From an uncultured delta proteobacterium (GTDB taxonomy: Bacteria; Desulfobacterota; Desulfomonilia; UBA1062): a stretch of DNA of 64,000 bases. The notes below the pieces were generated by a model, which saw only the letters and a program-made list of their open reading frames with translations, was not told the origin of the DNA and made no database searches. A program made the translations under genes and the position numbers. The DNA lies in the NCBI GenBank assembly GCA_963798485.1, contig CAWCTR010000017.1, positions 96,001-160,000 of the forward strand. Direction: 5' to 3'. Below, piece by piece: positions 1 through 8,478 of this stretch. Positions within the stretch are counted from its first letter, which is position 1; every line of letters starts with the position of its first letter.

Positions 1-79
1 CTCGACCTTTTTCAAGTTTATTGTCCCCTTCGGGGATTGGGAGAAAAACCCTCGCCTTCAGGCGAAGACTTTAGTAGGC

Positions 80-402
80 TTGCGGTATAGAGCATTATCG
101 CAAGTCGAGTCACACGCAATATATGATATCAAGTATCATCTTGTTTGGATCACGAAATACCGCAAGCCAGTATTGCGAGGAGAGATAGGAGAGCGAGTAC
201 GGGATTTGATACGAGAGATATGTAAGGCGAATGATGTAGAGATACTCAAGGGGAATGTATCGAGGGAGCATATATACATACCTTTGTTTCAGTACCGCCG
301 AATCTATTAGTGAGCGATTTGATAAAGTCGATTAAGGGGAAGACATCGTGGAAGATGTTGATGGAGAATAAGACATTGAGCAAGGCATTTTGGGGACGAC
401 AC
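80..402 (+). pseudogene. tnpA: IS200/IS605-family TnpA (Y1 transposase), frameshifted and truncated
   Basis: Motif YHLVWITKYRKPVL..EIC...HI. After an AT-dinucleotide slip near 270, another frame continues HTFVSVPPNLLVSDLIKSIKGKTS...KAFWGRH and then breaks off. Short hairpins at 24-36 and 52-65 resemble an IS200 left end. Confidence 0.85.
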
Positions 403-452
403 CAAGCGAACTTGTACGAGATTTCCCTCTCAGATACATCAAAAGTTATGAT

Positions 453-1127
453 TTAGCGAGTCCTGATATTCAACCAGCTGCCAGATTGGATGGTTGAACT
501 AGAATCATTGATGTAGGTGTTACGCATTTCGATATTACCAGACATTATAGTATATGTTAAAGGGGTATTTGAACTACGTGTGTCATCTTTGGGGTGAGAA
601 TATGGTATAGTGGGCGTATCTGTAGTTTGAGTCCAGCTAAAGGCTGCATTATTAATGTCTTCAGCTTGGCCTACTTGACCATTGATTGTTGCAATGTAAC
701 TTTTCCAAGTAATTGAAAGGATCTGAGAATCTTTTAAAATAGTATCTTCAAAAGTCCACACATTCCAAGTAACTGGATCAGGCAGAACGACAGGAATTTT
801 GTAAAGAATGTCATTATTACCCTCTAACCAGGGGAATGAGTAGAACTCTTTATTAGTTGCATATCTTTCTGCAGTCTCATCAAGGTCTTCAAATAGATTC
901 ATGTCAAAATGGATCATTGAGCTTAATGAGGTTTGTAATAATTTGTTGAAACGTTCTGAATCATCCCCCAAATTGGTTTTATTATTTATCTCCATTATCC
1001 GGTCAGGATTGATGCTTAAGCTGAGAGGATTGCTAACGTTAGAAAGATCAGTTTCTGTGAGTGGAGTCATTGCACACAGGGACAATGGCAACAATAGAAT
1101 TGGCAGAACTAATATCAAACCTTTCAT
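453..1127 (-). CDS. Hypothetical exported protein (signal peptide followed by AMTPLTETDLSNV)
   Basis: 224-aa ORF with a hydrophobic N-terminus and an AAAAGGT RBS-like sequence upstream. No recognisable domain. Confidence 0.7.
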   Translation of the reverse strand: MKGLILVLPILLLPLSLCAMTPLTETDLSNVSNPLSLSINPDRIMEINNKTNLGDDSERFNKLLQTSLSSMIHFDMNLFEDLDETAERYATNKEFYSFPWLEGNNDILYKIPVVLPDPVTWNVWTFEDTILKDSQILSITWKSYIATINGQVGQAEDINNAAFSWTQTTDTPTIPYSHPKDDTRSSNTPLTYTIMSGNIEMRNTYINDSSSTIQSGSWLNIRTR

Positions 1128-1178
1128 GGCATTTATACCTTTTACTATTATATGATATATCTCTAATCAGAGTCAAGT

Positions 1179-2405
1179 ATGGAATTGGTTCACCCTGTCT
1201 GTTGTGGTCTGGATGTCCATAAGGCAAGCATAACAGCATGCCTGAGGCGAGTGGTGGAAGGAGGCATGATCAAACGGGAAAACAGGATATTCGACACCAA
1301 CATGCGGGGATTGACATCGCTGCTGGAGTGGCTGATTGAGAATGGGTGCAGAATCGCTGCCATGGAATCCACAGGAGTGTACTGGAAGCCTGTATACCAT
1401 GTGCTATCACCCGCTCTGACAGTTTGGATAGCCAATCCGGCAGAGGTGAAGCAGCGCAGGGGAAAGAAAACGGATAAGGCGGACGCGCAATGGCTTGCGG
1501 AACTTCTGGCTCATGATCTGATACAGCCGAGCTTTGTCCCTCCGGCGGAGATTACTGCCCTTAGGGATATGGTTCGGACACGGACTGCACTGGTCAACAA
1601 CAGGACTCAAGCAAAGAACAGGGTTCTGGGAGTTCTGGAAGACACGAACATCAAGTTATCGTCCGTGGCCTCAGACACCTTTGGCAAGAGCGGTCGGGCA
1701 ATGATTGATGCCCTTATAGCTGGACATCGAGATCCAAAGGCTCTTGCCCAGATGGCAAAGGGGATTCTCAAGCGGAAGATACCCCAGCTCGAATTAGCTC
1801 TCGAGGGTAGTTTTACCGAGCATCATGCCTTCTTGATTCAGATCTCCCTTTCTGTCATAGACCTTTTGGACAAGCAGATAGCAGAGTTGGATAAGCACAT
1901 TGACTCTATGGTGGTCCCCCTGCGTAAAGAATTGGATGTGACAAACAGTATCCCTGGTGTCAGTGAGACGGCTTCTCGCGCAATCATAGCGGAGATAGGC
2001 ATCGATATGAAGCGTTTCGTCACTGACACTCGCCTTGTTGCCTGGGCATGTATGTGTCCCGGCAACAACGAAAGTGCCGGCAAAAGAAAAAGAGGAAAGA
2101 CGCGTAAGGGCAATCGTTATCTCCGAAGAATGCTTGTCCAATGCGCATGGGCAGCAGGTAAAACAGACACCTTCCTCGGCCGCACTTTCCGGAGACTCCA
2201 GGCTCGCATTGGGGGAAAGAAGGCTGCCGTGGCTGTCGGCCACAAAATCCTGGTGATTATCTTCCATCTGTTGAACGAGGGCACTTTTTACGACGATGAA
2301 AGATATAATCGCCTTTCACCTAAAGAGGAGGAAAGACAAAAAAAGCGGGCTATCGAAACCTTGCATCGCCTGGGCTTCGAAGTAACTATCTCGCTCGCTT
2401 CTTAA
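1179..2405 (+). mobile_element. IS110-family recombinase/transposase (DEDD RuvC + Tnp domain)
   Basis: Motifs GLDVHK, MESTG.YW, KTDKADA, SIPGV, SAGK, KGNRYLR; intact 408 aa. Inserted between two co-oriented minus-strand genes. Confidence 0.95.
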
Positions 2406-2493
2406 AAAAACTATCCCGTCTCTCAATCCCTTCTTCACCCAGGGATACAGTACTGGTGTGCCTTTTTAGCAGATTATCGTTTCATAGGAATCT

Positions 2494-2877
2494 TCATTTT
2501 GTTGGAAGAATCCATTGGTACAAGAACACGCATATAAATGCTATGCATAGGTAGAATGTAATGGTAGCTAGTAGATCACCGCCAGCAAGTAAGTCCTCGG
2601 AAGTTGCGGCGAGTATGTGGATCTGCCCGGGCGTATAGGAGGAGATCTTTGATGATATCTCATCCGGGGTGAACCCGTAGGATTTAAGCTTTTCTTGCAC
2701 GATTTTGTTTTCCAGCGCCTGCTGAATGGTGTCCATATCCTTCTGAAATTCCTGGCTCCCTGCATGAGAAAAAACCGTTGAAGGGATCATAGCTGCAAAT
2801 GCAGGGGATGTCACTAAAAGTACCAAGTGGAAGGTTACAAAAGCTGCCAGAAAGCGGTTTCTCATCATGGATATCAT
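2494..2877 (-). CDS. PA2779-like exported/membrane protein
   Basis: Signal peptide, VQEKLKSYGFTPDEI..I..Y/LT..Q/E motif, AGGD followed by a C-terminal hydrophobic helix. Confidence 0.7.
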   Translation of the reverse strand: MISMMRNRFLAAFVTFHLVLLVTSPAFAAMIPSTVFSHAGSQEFQKDMDTIQQALENKIVQEKLKSYGFTPDEISSKISSYTPGQIHILAATSEDLLAGGDLLATITFYLCIAFICVFLYQWILPTK

Positions 2878-3067
2878 TTTTTTCCTTCTAATTACAATAA
2901 TTCAGTATAGATAAAATAACTTAATAAATCATATTCAAGCCCTTTTCAATCGGATAATAAGAATAGATGATATGTGCCAGAGGCAACGAACTGAGTTGGG
3001 ATTTCAAAACCGTTCGTGCCACCAACTCCGATTTGATATGATCTTCCTATTTACATAGATTTGTTTT

Positions 3068-4917
3068 GAGGCAGTCGAAAATCCCTTTTGGGCAGAAGTT
3101 CTTCTCCATCCAGCTGATACATTTTCAAATCATGATTACATGCGTTCTCGGTTTTAACTTTCTTCAGGTCATACTTTCATTCCGATTATACCCTGGTAAG
3201 GATTCCTCCCCTTTTTTCGTCTTATGCGAAGCCATAGGTTGCGATCTTCTCTATATTGTGAACCATGCAGTACAAGAGCCATTGAATGTTGGCCTTGATC
3301 TTCCCCCTCAACGTAAACCTGTTCATCCGTTTATTGGTACGGATATTCCCGAATACCTGTTCTATTATGGCAATCCGGTGGGAGTAGATCTTACGACCTT
3401 TCTCACTCTCGATCTTCTCCACCATGAGCTGTGAGAGATTGATCCCATCAGGTCCGATGGGAACCATCAAGTTCTTTGGGCCACGACCATTCCCATAGAT
3501 GCACGTCCCCTTTAGCCTGCAGTCTCTGCAGTCCTTTCCCTGTGCACGATATAATCGATAGATATTGCCAGTGGAACGATGGCACTTTTCCGATAGTTCA
3601 AGTATCTTCCCATTGGGACAAACATAATGATCCTCTTCCTCATTATAGAGGTAGTCCTCAAGAGCATAGTGGGTCCTGGTCATGCGACCTTGCCGCCTCC
3701 ACTCATCATATCGCGGGTCCCTCGTGCTCATTTGCTTATCAGGGATGTACGCATCCAGCTTCTCGTCCTCACATTTCTGAATATTGATCTTGCTGTGATA
3801 TCCGCTGTCCGCAGTTAATGTCTTCCCCGCAAAGTATTCTGCAGAATCCGCCTGGCCAATCTGACTCATGTTCTCCTTGGCACCATCAATCATCGGCGGA
3901 ATGAGCCCCTCATCATGGCCCTCACCGAACACTTCGCCATGGATGATCACTCGATGCTTCGCATCCACCAATGCCTGGCTGTTATACCCTTGAATCATTC
4001 CGTGTGACGTTATCATTATCGCTGAATCATTGTCCGTTATGTTGCTCTTAATCTCTCGCCCTTTCTTGCCGATCTTGGCTTCATTCTCCTTCAGCCATGC
4101 CTGTATCCGATCAGCCTGCTTCTTGAGCGCCTCGATCTGCTTCTCACGATTGCCTCCGGCAAAGGGTGGTTCATCGTCCTTCCGGTCCTCTTCCTCCTGC
4201 TCGTTGAGCCTCTGCCTGACCCTCTCCTCGATCTTCCCCTTCTTCCTCTTCAGGTCATCAATCTTCCCACTCCACTTCATGGAAGCATTACCGGGAAGCT
4301 TGCACCCGTCCAATGCAAAGAAGGTCCCGCCAAGCAGATTCATCTCCTCGCAGACCAGTAGTACATCCCTGAACAACGGCAGGATCTCATCCTTCATGGA
4401 GGTTACAAACGGGGCTATCGTGCTGTGGTCAGGATACTGCCCGCACGAAAGTGCCATAAAGACCACGTTCTCCTTGCAGGCCTGCTCGATCTTCCTCGAC
4501 GAGATCAGTCCCCGTGAATACCCCAGCAGTACCACCTTCAGCAAAATCCGGGGATCGTATGCCCTCCGCCCCGTGTCATCATTGCGGTACTTCTCATCGA
4601 AGATGCTCACATCCATACGCTCATCAACAAGCGTGTGGATCGCGAATTCCAAAGTCCCGGGCATGAGCTGTTCGTTCAGCGATACCGGTATCAGCATATC
4701 TTGTGCATACGTATAAGGCTTGTACTTGGCCATGACTTCCTTCCCTTTCTGAAATGGGAGAATGAAAGATCCTTGCTCTTTGATTACAAACCTAATATAT
4801 CACATATCATACTGATTATAAAGGTTATTATGGCTTTCTCGCAGCTCTCTGCGACATCATAAAAAACTCCACAAGGTTGCTCCTCACTTTATGCAATCAG
4901 GGTTTTTCGACAACCTC
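3068..4917 (-). mobile_element. IS1182-family insertion sequence
   Basis: Terminal inverted repeats GAGGCAGTCGAAAATCCC (3068-3085) and GGGTTTTTCGACAACCTC (4900-4917), 15/18 match. T-rich flanks may include a TTT duplication. Confidence 0.85.
3222..4733 (-). CDS. IS1182-family DDE transposase
   Basis: Motifs GRRAYDP, SSRKIE, PDHSTI, DGCK, ADSGY, CPNG, IEQVFGNI; 503 aa. Confidence 0.95.
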   Translation of the reverse strand: MAKYKPYTYAQDMLIPVSLNEQLMPGTLEFAIHTLVDERMDVSIFDEKYRNDDTGRRAYDPRILLKVVLLGYSRGLISSRKIEQACKENVVFMALSCGQYPDHSTIAPFVTSMKDEILPLFRDVLLVCEEMNLLGGTFFALDGCKLPGNASMKWSGKIDDLKRKKGKIEERVRQRLNEQEEEDRKDDEPPFAGGNREKQIEALKKQADRIQAWLKENEAKIGKKGREIKSNITDNDSAIMITSHGMIQGYNSQALVDAKHRVIIHGEVFGEGHDEGLIPPMIDGAKENMSQIGQADSAEYFAGKTLTADSGYHSKINIQKCEDEKLDAYIPDKQMSTRDPRYDEWRRQGRMTRTHYALEDYLYNEEEDHYVCPNGKILELSEKCHRSTGNIYRLYRAQGKDCRDCRLKGTCIYGNGRGPKNLMVPIGPDGINLSQLMVEKIESEKGRKIYSHRIAIIEQVFGNIRTNKRMNRFTLRGKIKANIQWLLYCMVHNIEKIATYGFA

Positions 4918-5100
4918 TTTCAAGATCATCAGCACGAATACATCATAAAACCCAGAATAAGATGTTATATCCGCTCGATCCGGTTTTTATATGAATCACT
5001 TCGCCCTTAATCCTCAATCCATTTCCTATTTACTCGACATAAGAAAAACACCGATTCGGCGTTTTTTGTTGAGATACAATGTTGTGGGTCATACCTTGCA

Positions 5101-5210
5101 ACTCAAATAACCGGTCTATATACGTCCTGAGCAAGAGATCATTCCCGACCTCACCCACATGGATAGAAGGTGTAATCAACACCCGTCCTACTCAAATAAG
5201 GCGAACTTAT
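5101..5210. repeat. ~110-bp dispersed non-coding repeat, copy 1
   Basis: Shares CTCAAATAACCGGTCTATAT with copy 2 and GGTCTATATACGTCCTGAGCAAGAG with copy 3. Colinear to the 3' end (..AATAAGGCGAACTTAT). Confidence 0.85.
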
Positions 5211-5431
5211 GTTGATGAATACCTGGGAACAACATTCATCAACTGCCGCGTATACACGAAGAATGCTCAAGGACAATTGTTTCCTGAAGTATGCGTTTTA
5301 GTAAATTGGGGCTTTTACTTACTTGTCCTTTACGAAAGACTGATATATGAATCAGTATCTAAGGCAATTCATCTAAAATTGTGTGAAAAGAAGAACAGAG
5401 AAGAATTAAAATAATGAAAGGTGAGGGAAAT

Positions 5432-5671
5432 ATGGCTACCAGAGGAAGGAAACCACTAGATCTGAGAAACAATGATAAGGATACAAAGCTCATAAAAAGG
5501 AATTATTATATAGAAGAGCGGTATGCAAAGGCCCTTGCCGTTCTTTCCACATTGACAGGAAAAGAACTTTCCCTGCTTGTAAATGAATCAATCGGTGATC
5601 TGATTATGAAATACCAACCAATGACTGACATCAAATTACTCAGGTTGGGGTCAATACCAAGAGAAGATTAA
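5432..5671 (+). CDS. Small ribbon-helix-helix-like DNA-binding protein with N-terminal RGRKP motif, paralogue 1
   Basis: GAGGG RBS before ATG 5432. Beta-strand (KRNYYI) followed by two helices (KALAVLSTLTGKELSLLVNESI). 53/72 identical to 8612..8839. Confidence 0.75.
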   Translation: MATRGRKPLDLRNNDKDTKLIKRNYYIEERYAKALAVLSTLTGKELSLLVNESIGDLIMKYQPMTDIKLLRLGSIPRED

Positions 5672-5770
5672 CCTGTATTAGCTCCGATCTGATCTGATGG
5701 AGTGTCTCCTTTCTGAAGGTAGTAGGGTCAGATTGCAGCTAGCCCAAATAATCAATTTATAGTTATCATT

Positions 5771-6150
5771 GATTGAACTAAGCCGCTTCGTGGCAGTCTT
5801 CCCAACCTATGCTTGCATTCGTATTTAGAGCTTGTGATTACGTCAGTTAAAACCTCTTTGTTTCTAGTCCGATGATCATACACCATCCTTCCTTGTACCA
5901 TCATACCAATCAAGGGAGGGGGTCGGCAGGCCTTTGCAAAGGTCTGGACAAACCACAGCCACAGAGGTATATTTTTTTACGTAAAAAAGGGTGCTCGTAC
6001 AATGGAAAAACAGGGGTGGTTGAGGAGAAAAAACATCACGATGGGCAGGATGTTTCTTAAAAAAGCTTATTTCCTCATCTACCGAATCATGAATACAAAA
6101 CCCATAGACGAGGTATCATCCCGCTCGGAGTGAAGCGGCTTAGCTCAATC
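5771..6150. other. ~380-nt foldback element (candidate structured RNA or ssDNA hairpin)
   Basis: 18/19-bp terminal inverted repeat (5771-5789 / 6132-6150) plus several nested internal stems. Confidence 0.5.
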
Positions 6151-6450
6151 TGTGTTATACCATCATCCCTTCCTGCTGGCACCTCACTCATCTATCTTTG
6201 CCGACCATCCCCAATGCACACATCCCTCTCTCCGTTCACGCCGGGATAATGGAATAACACTAATAGATTCTGTGCCAAATTGTGGTGTTTAAAATTAAGA
6301 TGTCCTATGTGTAGATTTCGTGCCATTGACCACGGTCTGATATGATGTGTCTTACTGCGTATGTTTCAACCCAAGATCATCGTTTTTTAGGCATCTTCAA
6401 ACTGATAAGAAATCGCAGGGATCTCTACTCTTAAGTTTGTTTAGAATAAA

Positions 6451-6479
6451 TAAAAAGCAGGGCACAAAACTAGCCCTGC
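6451..6479 (-). terminator. Rho-independent terminator-like hairpin
   Basis: GCAGGGC/GCCCTGC stem (6457-6463 / 6473-6479) with a T-tract on the minus strand. Confidence 0.55.
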
Positions 6480-6492
6480 CTATGTTATTAAA

Positions 6493-6566
6493 TCACCTCT
6501 TCCTGAAACCTACAAGCTCCAGTTAGCCAGCATAAATGAGCTTATAGCTGGTTCAAGGACAGGTGC
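6493..6566 (-). pseudogene. Decayed PEP-CTERM sorting-signal remnant
   Basis: The minus strand reads APVLEPA... and, after frameshifts, ...LVGFRKR-stop, followed by a terminator. Confidence 0.5.
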
Positions 6567-7084
6567 ACTGTGATGGTAATACTTAGGGGTCTCAAATCCT
6601 TGAAATTTCCTTCAATTCGACCACTGTATTGACCATCATCAAAATGGTATTTAATCATAGATGCAGAATATATTTGGACAAACATATTATTTAGCAATTT
6701 ATATACCAAGATCCATCTGTCATTATTTCAATAAGTTACAGTCAGACCAAGGTTAACTCTTTGGTAATAATGACGAATTATTTACCATTAATAGGCAATC
6801 TATTTCACTTATTAAAGATCTTGTGCCACACTCTCCGCTTTCCCCATACCGTATGTCTGTAACCATGATCTTCAACTGTTCATTAGCCATTATGTCATCT
6901 TCAAAATAACGCACCCCGGTTTTTTTTCAGTCATCATCCCACCTATCATCCACATAACTCCATGCCTCCATATATATTAATCATTGAAATAGCAAAGTAA
7001 TCTGTATCCCTCAGTCACTCTATTCCTCCCCCATCCCGATGTTGCCCAAGCTTCCCCCCTTCAAAAAAAACGGAGGTTTTCTGC

Positions 7085-7600
7085 ATGGAGCTAGTAACCC
7101 AGCAAGAAATTGAGATCAGAAGAGAGAAAGTCCTTGTACCCATTACGATGACAGTCAAAGAGATCATGGAAAAATACAATCTTTCAGACAGTGTTGCCCG
7201 GAGATCCCTGAAACGAGGCTGGTTTGTGAAGAACTATGGAAGGAACCAGGTCATCATAGACCGAGAGCATTTCGATCTGGAGAAATCATACAGTATCGCC
7301 AAACAGGTCTTCTATAAGAACTTCAGGAAAAACCCGGTAGCCCAAACTATCAAGGAGGATCTTATCCAGGAAGCGGTCGCCCTCATGTTCATGCAATCAG
7401 GAAAGATCAGGGAAGGAGCCACCAAGAAATACAATGATCGATATGGGTATTGGTGGGCCGCTCACAACGCAATTCTATCTTACTTAACGAAATGGGCTCG
7501 ACAGACAAGGTACGATGTCCAGCTTGAGGACGATATTCATCCATACATGACCAGAGGCAATAGAAGGTATTCACCTCAGTTCGGATGGATATATTGTTAA
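7085..7600 (+). CDS. Hypothetical protein with N-terminal HTH-like segment and sigma-70 region 2-like C-terminal half
   Basis: GGAGG RBS. TVKEIMEKYNLSDSVARRSLKRG is HTH-like. EDLIQEAVALMF...YWWAAHNAILSYLTK resembles sigma region 2.2-2.4. Confidence 0.75.
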   Translation: MELVTQQEIEIRREKVLVPITMTVKEIMEKYNLSDSVARRSLKRGWFVKNYGRNQVIIDREHFDLEKSYSIAKQVFYKNFRKNPVAQTIKEDLIQEAVALMFMQSGKIREGATKKYNDRYGYWWAAHNAILSYLTKWARQTRYDVQLEDDIHPYMTRGNRRYSPQFGWIYC

Positions 7601-7816
7601 AACGAGGAGGGATGGAGGGAGATAGGTTCAAGATGCCCGGGGCACTTTGAACATGAGTGGTTGGCTATGAGGTCAGCGTTCATTCTATTGATAGGATTCG
7701 GAGGGGGATCTTTATACATAGGGTGGACGCTGACTTTGTTTATTCGACTGAGGGAAAAATTAGCAGAATTCTGCGATTTTTGTGGAGATGGGGAAGGAGA
7801 CTGGCGATACCTGAGA

Positions 7817-7924
7817 GCTCAAATAACCGGTCTATATTCATCAGGGCAAGGATTCAATCATGAACTCGCCTCATTGATGAGGGAGAGTGGGCTGTCCTTT
7901 TCTGCTCGAATTAGGCGATCTTTT
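7817..7924. repeat. ~110-bp dispersed non-coding repeat, copy 2
   Basis: Colinear alignment with 5101-5210 and 8370-8478. Confidence 0.8.
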
Positions 7925-8106
7925 TTCTTGTGATGTTCAATGTCATAAATATTTTCACCAAAGCGGCTCAGTATAAGGATCTGCCTGCGGATAGCAGTTA
8001 TAAGCTTCAGAAGGTGGGGGGGACGATATTGGGAATGGTGAAGAAATCAGGAACAGTAGGTCAGCGTACATCGGGATGGTGTGCGCTGACCTTACCGTGA
8101 TATCTA

Positions 8107-8220
8107 TCAAAGCTTACTTTTTGGCTGCTTATCAAGCTTGTCTTTTGACTTTTGTTTCTGTTTTTTGTCGTTCTGTTTTTGACCCTTTTCCTTATCTTTC
8201 TTGCCGCCTTTGTCTCCCAT
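8107..8220 (-). CDS. 37-aa Lys/Gln-rich small protein MGDKGGKKDKEKGQKQNDKKQKQKSKDKLDKQPKSKL
   Basis: Strong RBS (AAAGGAGAGAGGTA-ATG), clean ORF, strong hairpin just downstream (8059-8091). Below the ORF-track length cutoff. Confidence 0.65.
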   Translation of the reverse strand: MGDKGGKKDKEKGQKQNDKKQKQKSKDKLDKQPKSKL

Positions 8221-8369
8221 TACCTCTCTCCTTTTTCTATTGTCCAAAACATCTTCTCTCAGCATAGTTTCCGTTGCAACCAGAGTAAACCCATCATTAT
8301 TAATTGTAATCTTGCATACTTTTCAAAATCGGTCAATTCTGCTTCCAGGGAGTACATCAACCGGATGAA

Positions 8370-8478
8370 CCTTAAATAAGTGGTCTATATACGTCCTGAG
8401 CAAGAGCTCATTCATGAACTCACAACAATTGATAGTGGAGGAAGCAAAACCCTTCCTGTTCGAATAAAGCGATCTTAT
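8370..8478. repeat. ~110-bp dispersed non-coding repeat, copy 3
   Basis: 25-bp perfect identity with copy 1. Contains the palindrome TGAGC-AAGA-GCTCA. Confidence 0.85.

Noticed and set aside
5079-5414. ORF-track ORFs at 5079, 5872, 7657/7661 and 8076/8152
   Set aside because: They overlap the non-coding repeats or hairpins, or lie antisense to the Lys-rich microprotein. No frame is conserved between repeat copies, and RBSs are weak.
5920-5965. c-di-GMP-I riboswitch (GGCAGGCCTTTGCAAAGGTCTGGAC)
   Set aside because: Lacks the GGCAAACC..GAAA..GGGACGCAAAGC consensus.
5771-6150. Retron msr-msd, suggested by the terminal inverted repeats
   Set aside because: No reverse transcriptase in the window.
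5101-8478. Repeats as a CRISPR or other tandem guide array
   Set aside because: Only three copies, ~110 bp long, irregularly spaced (2.7 kb and 0.55 kb) with genes between them; no cas genes.
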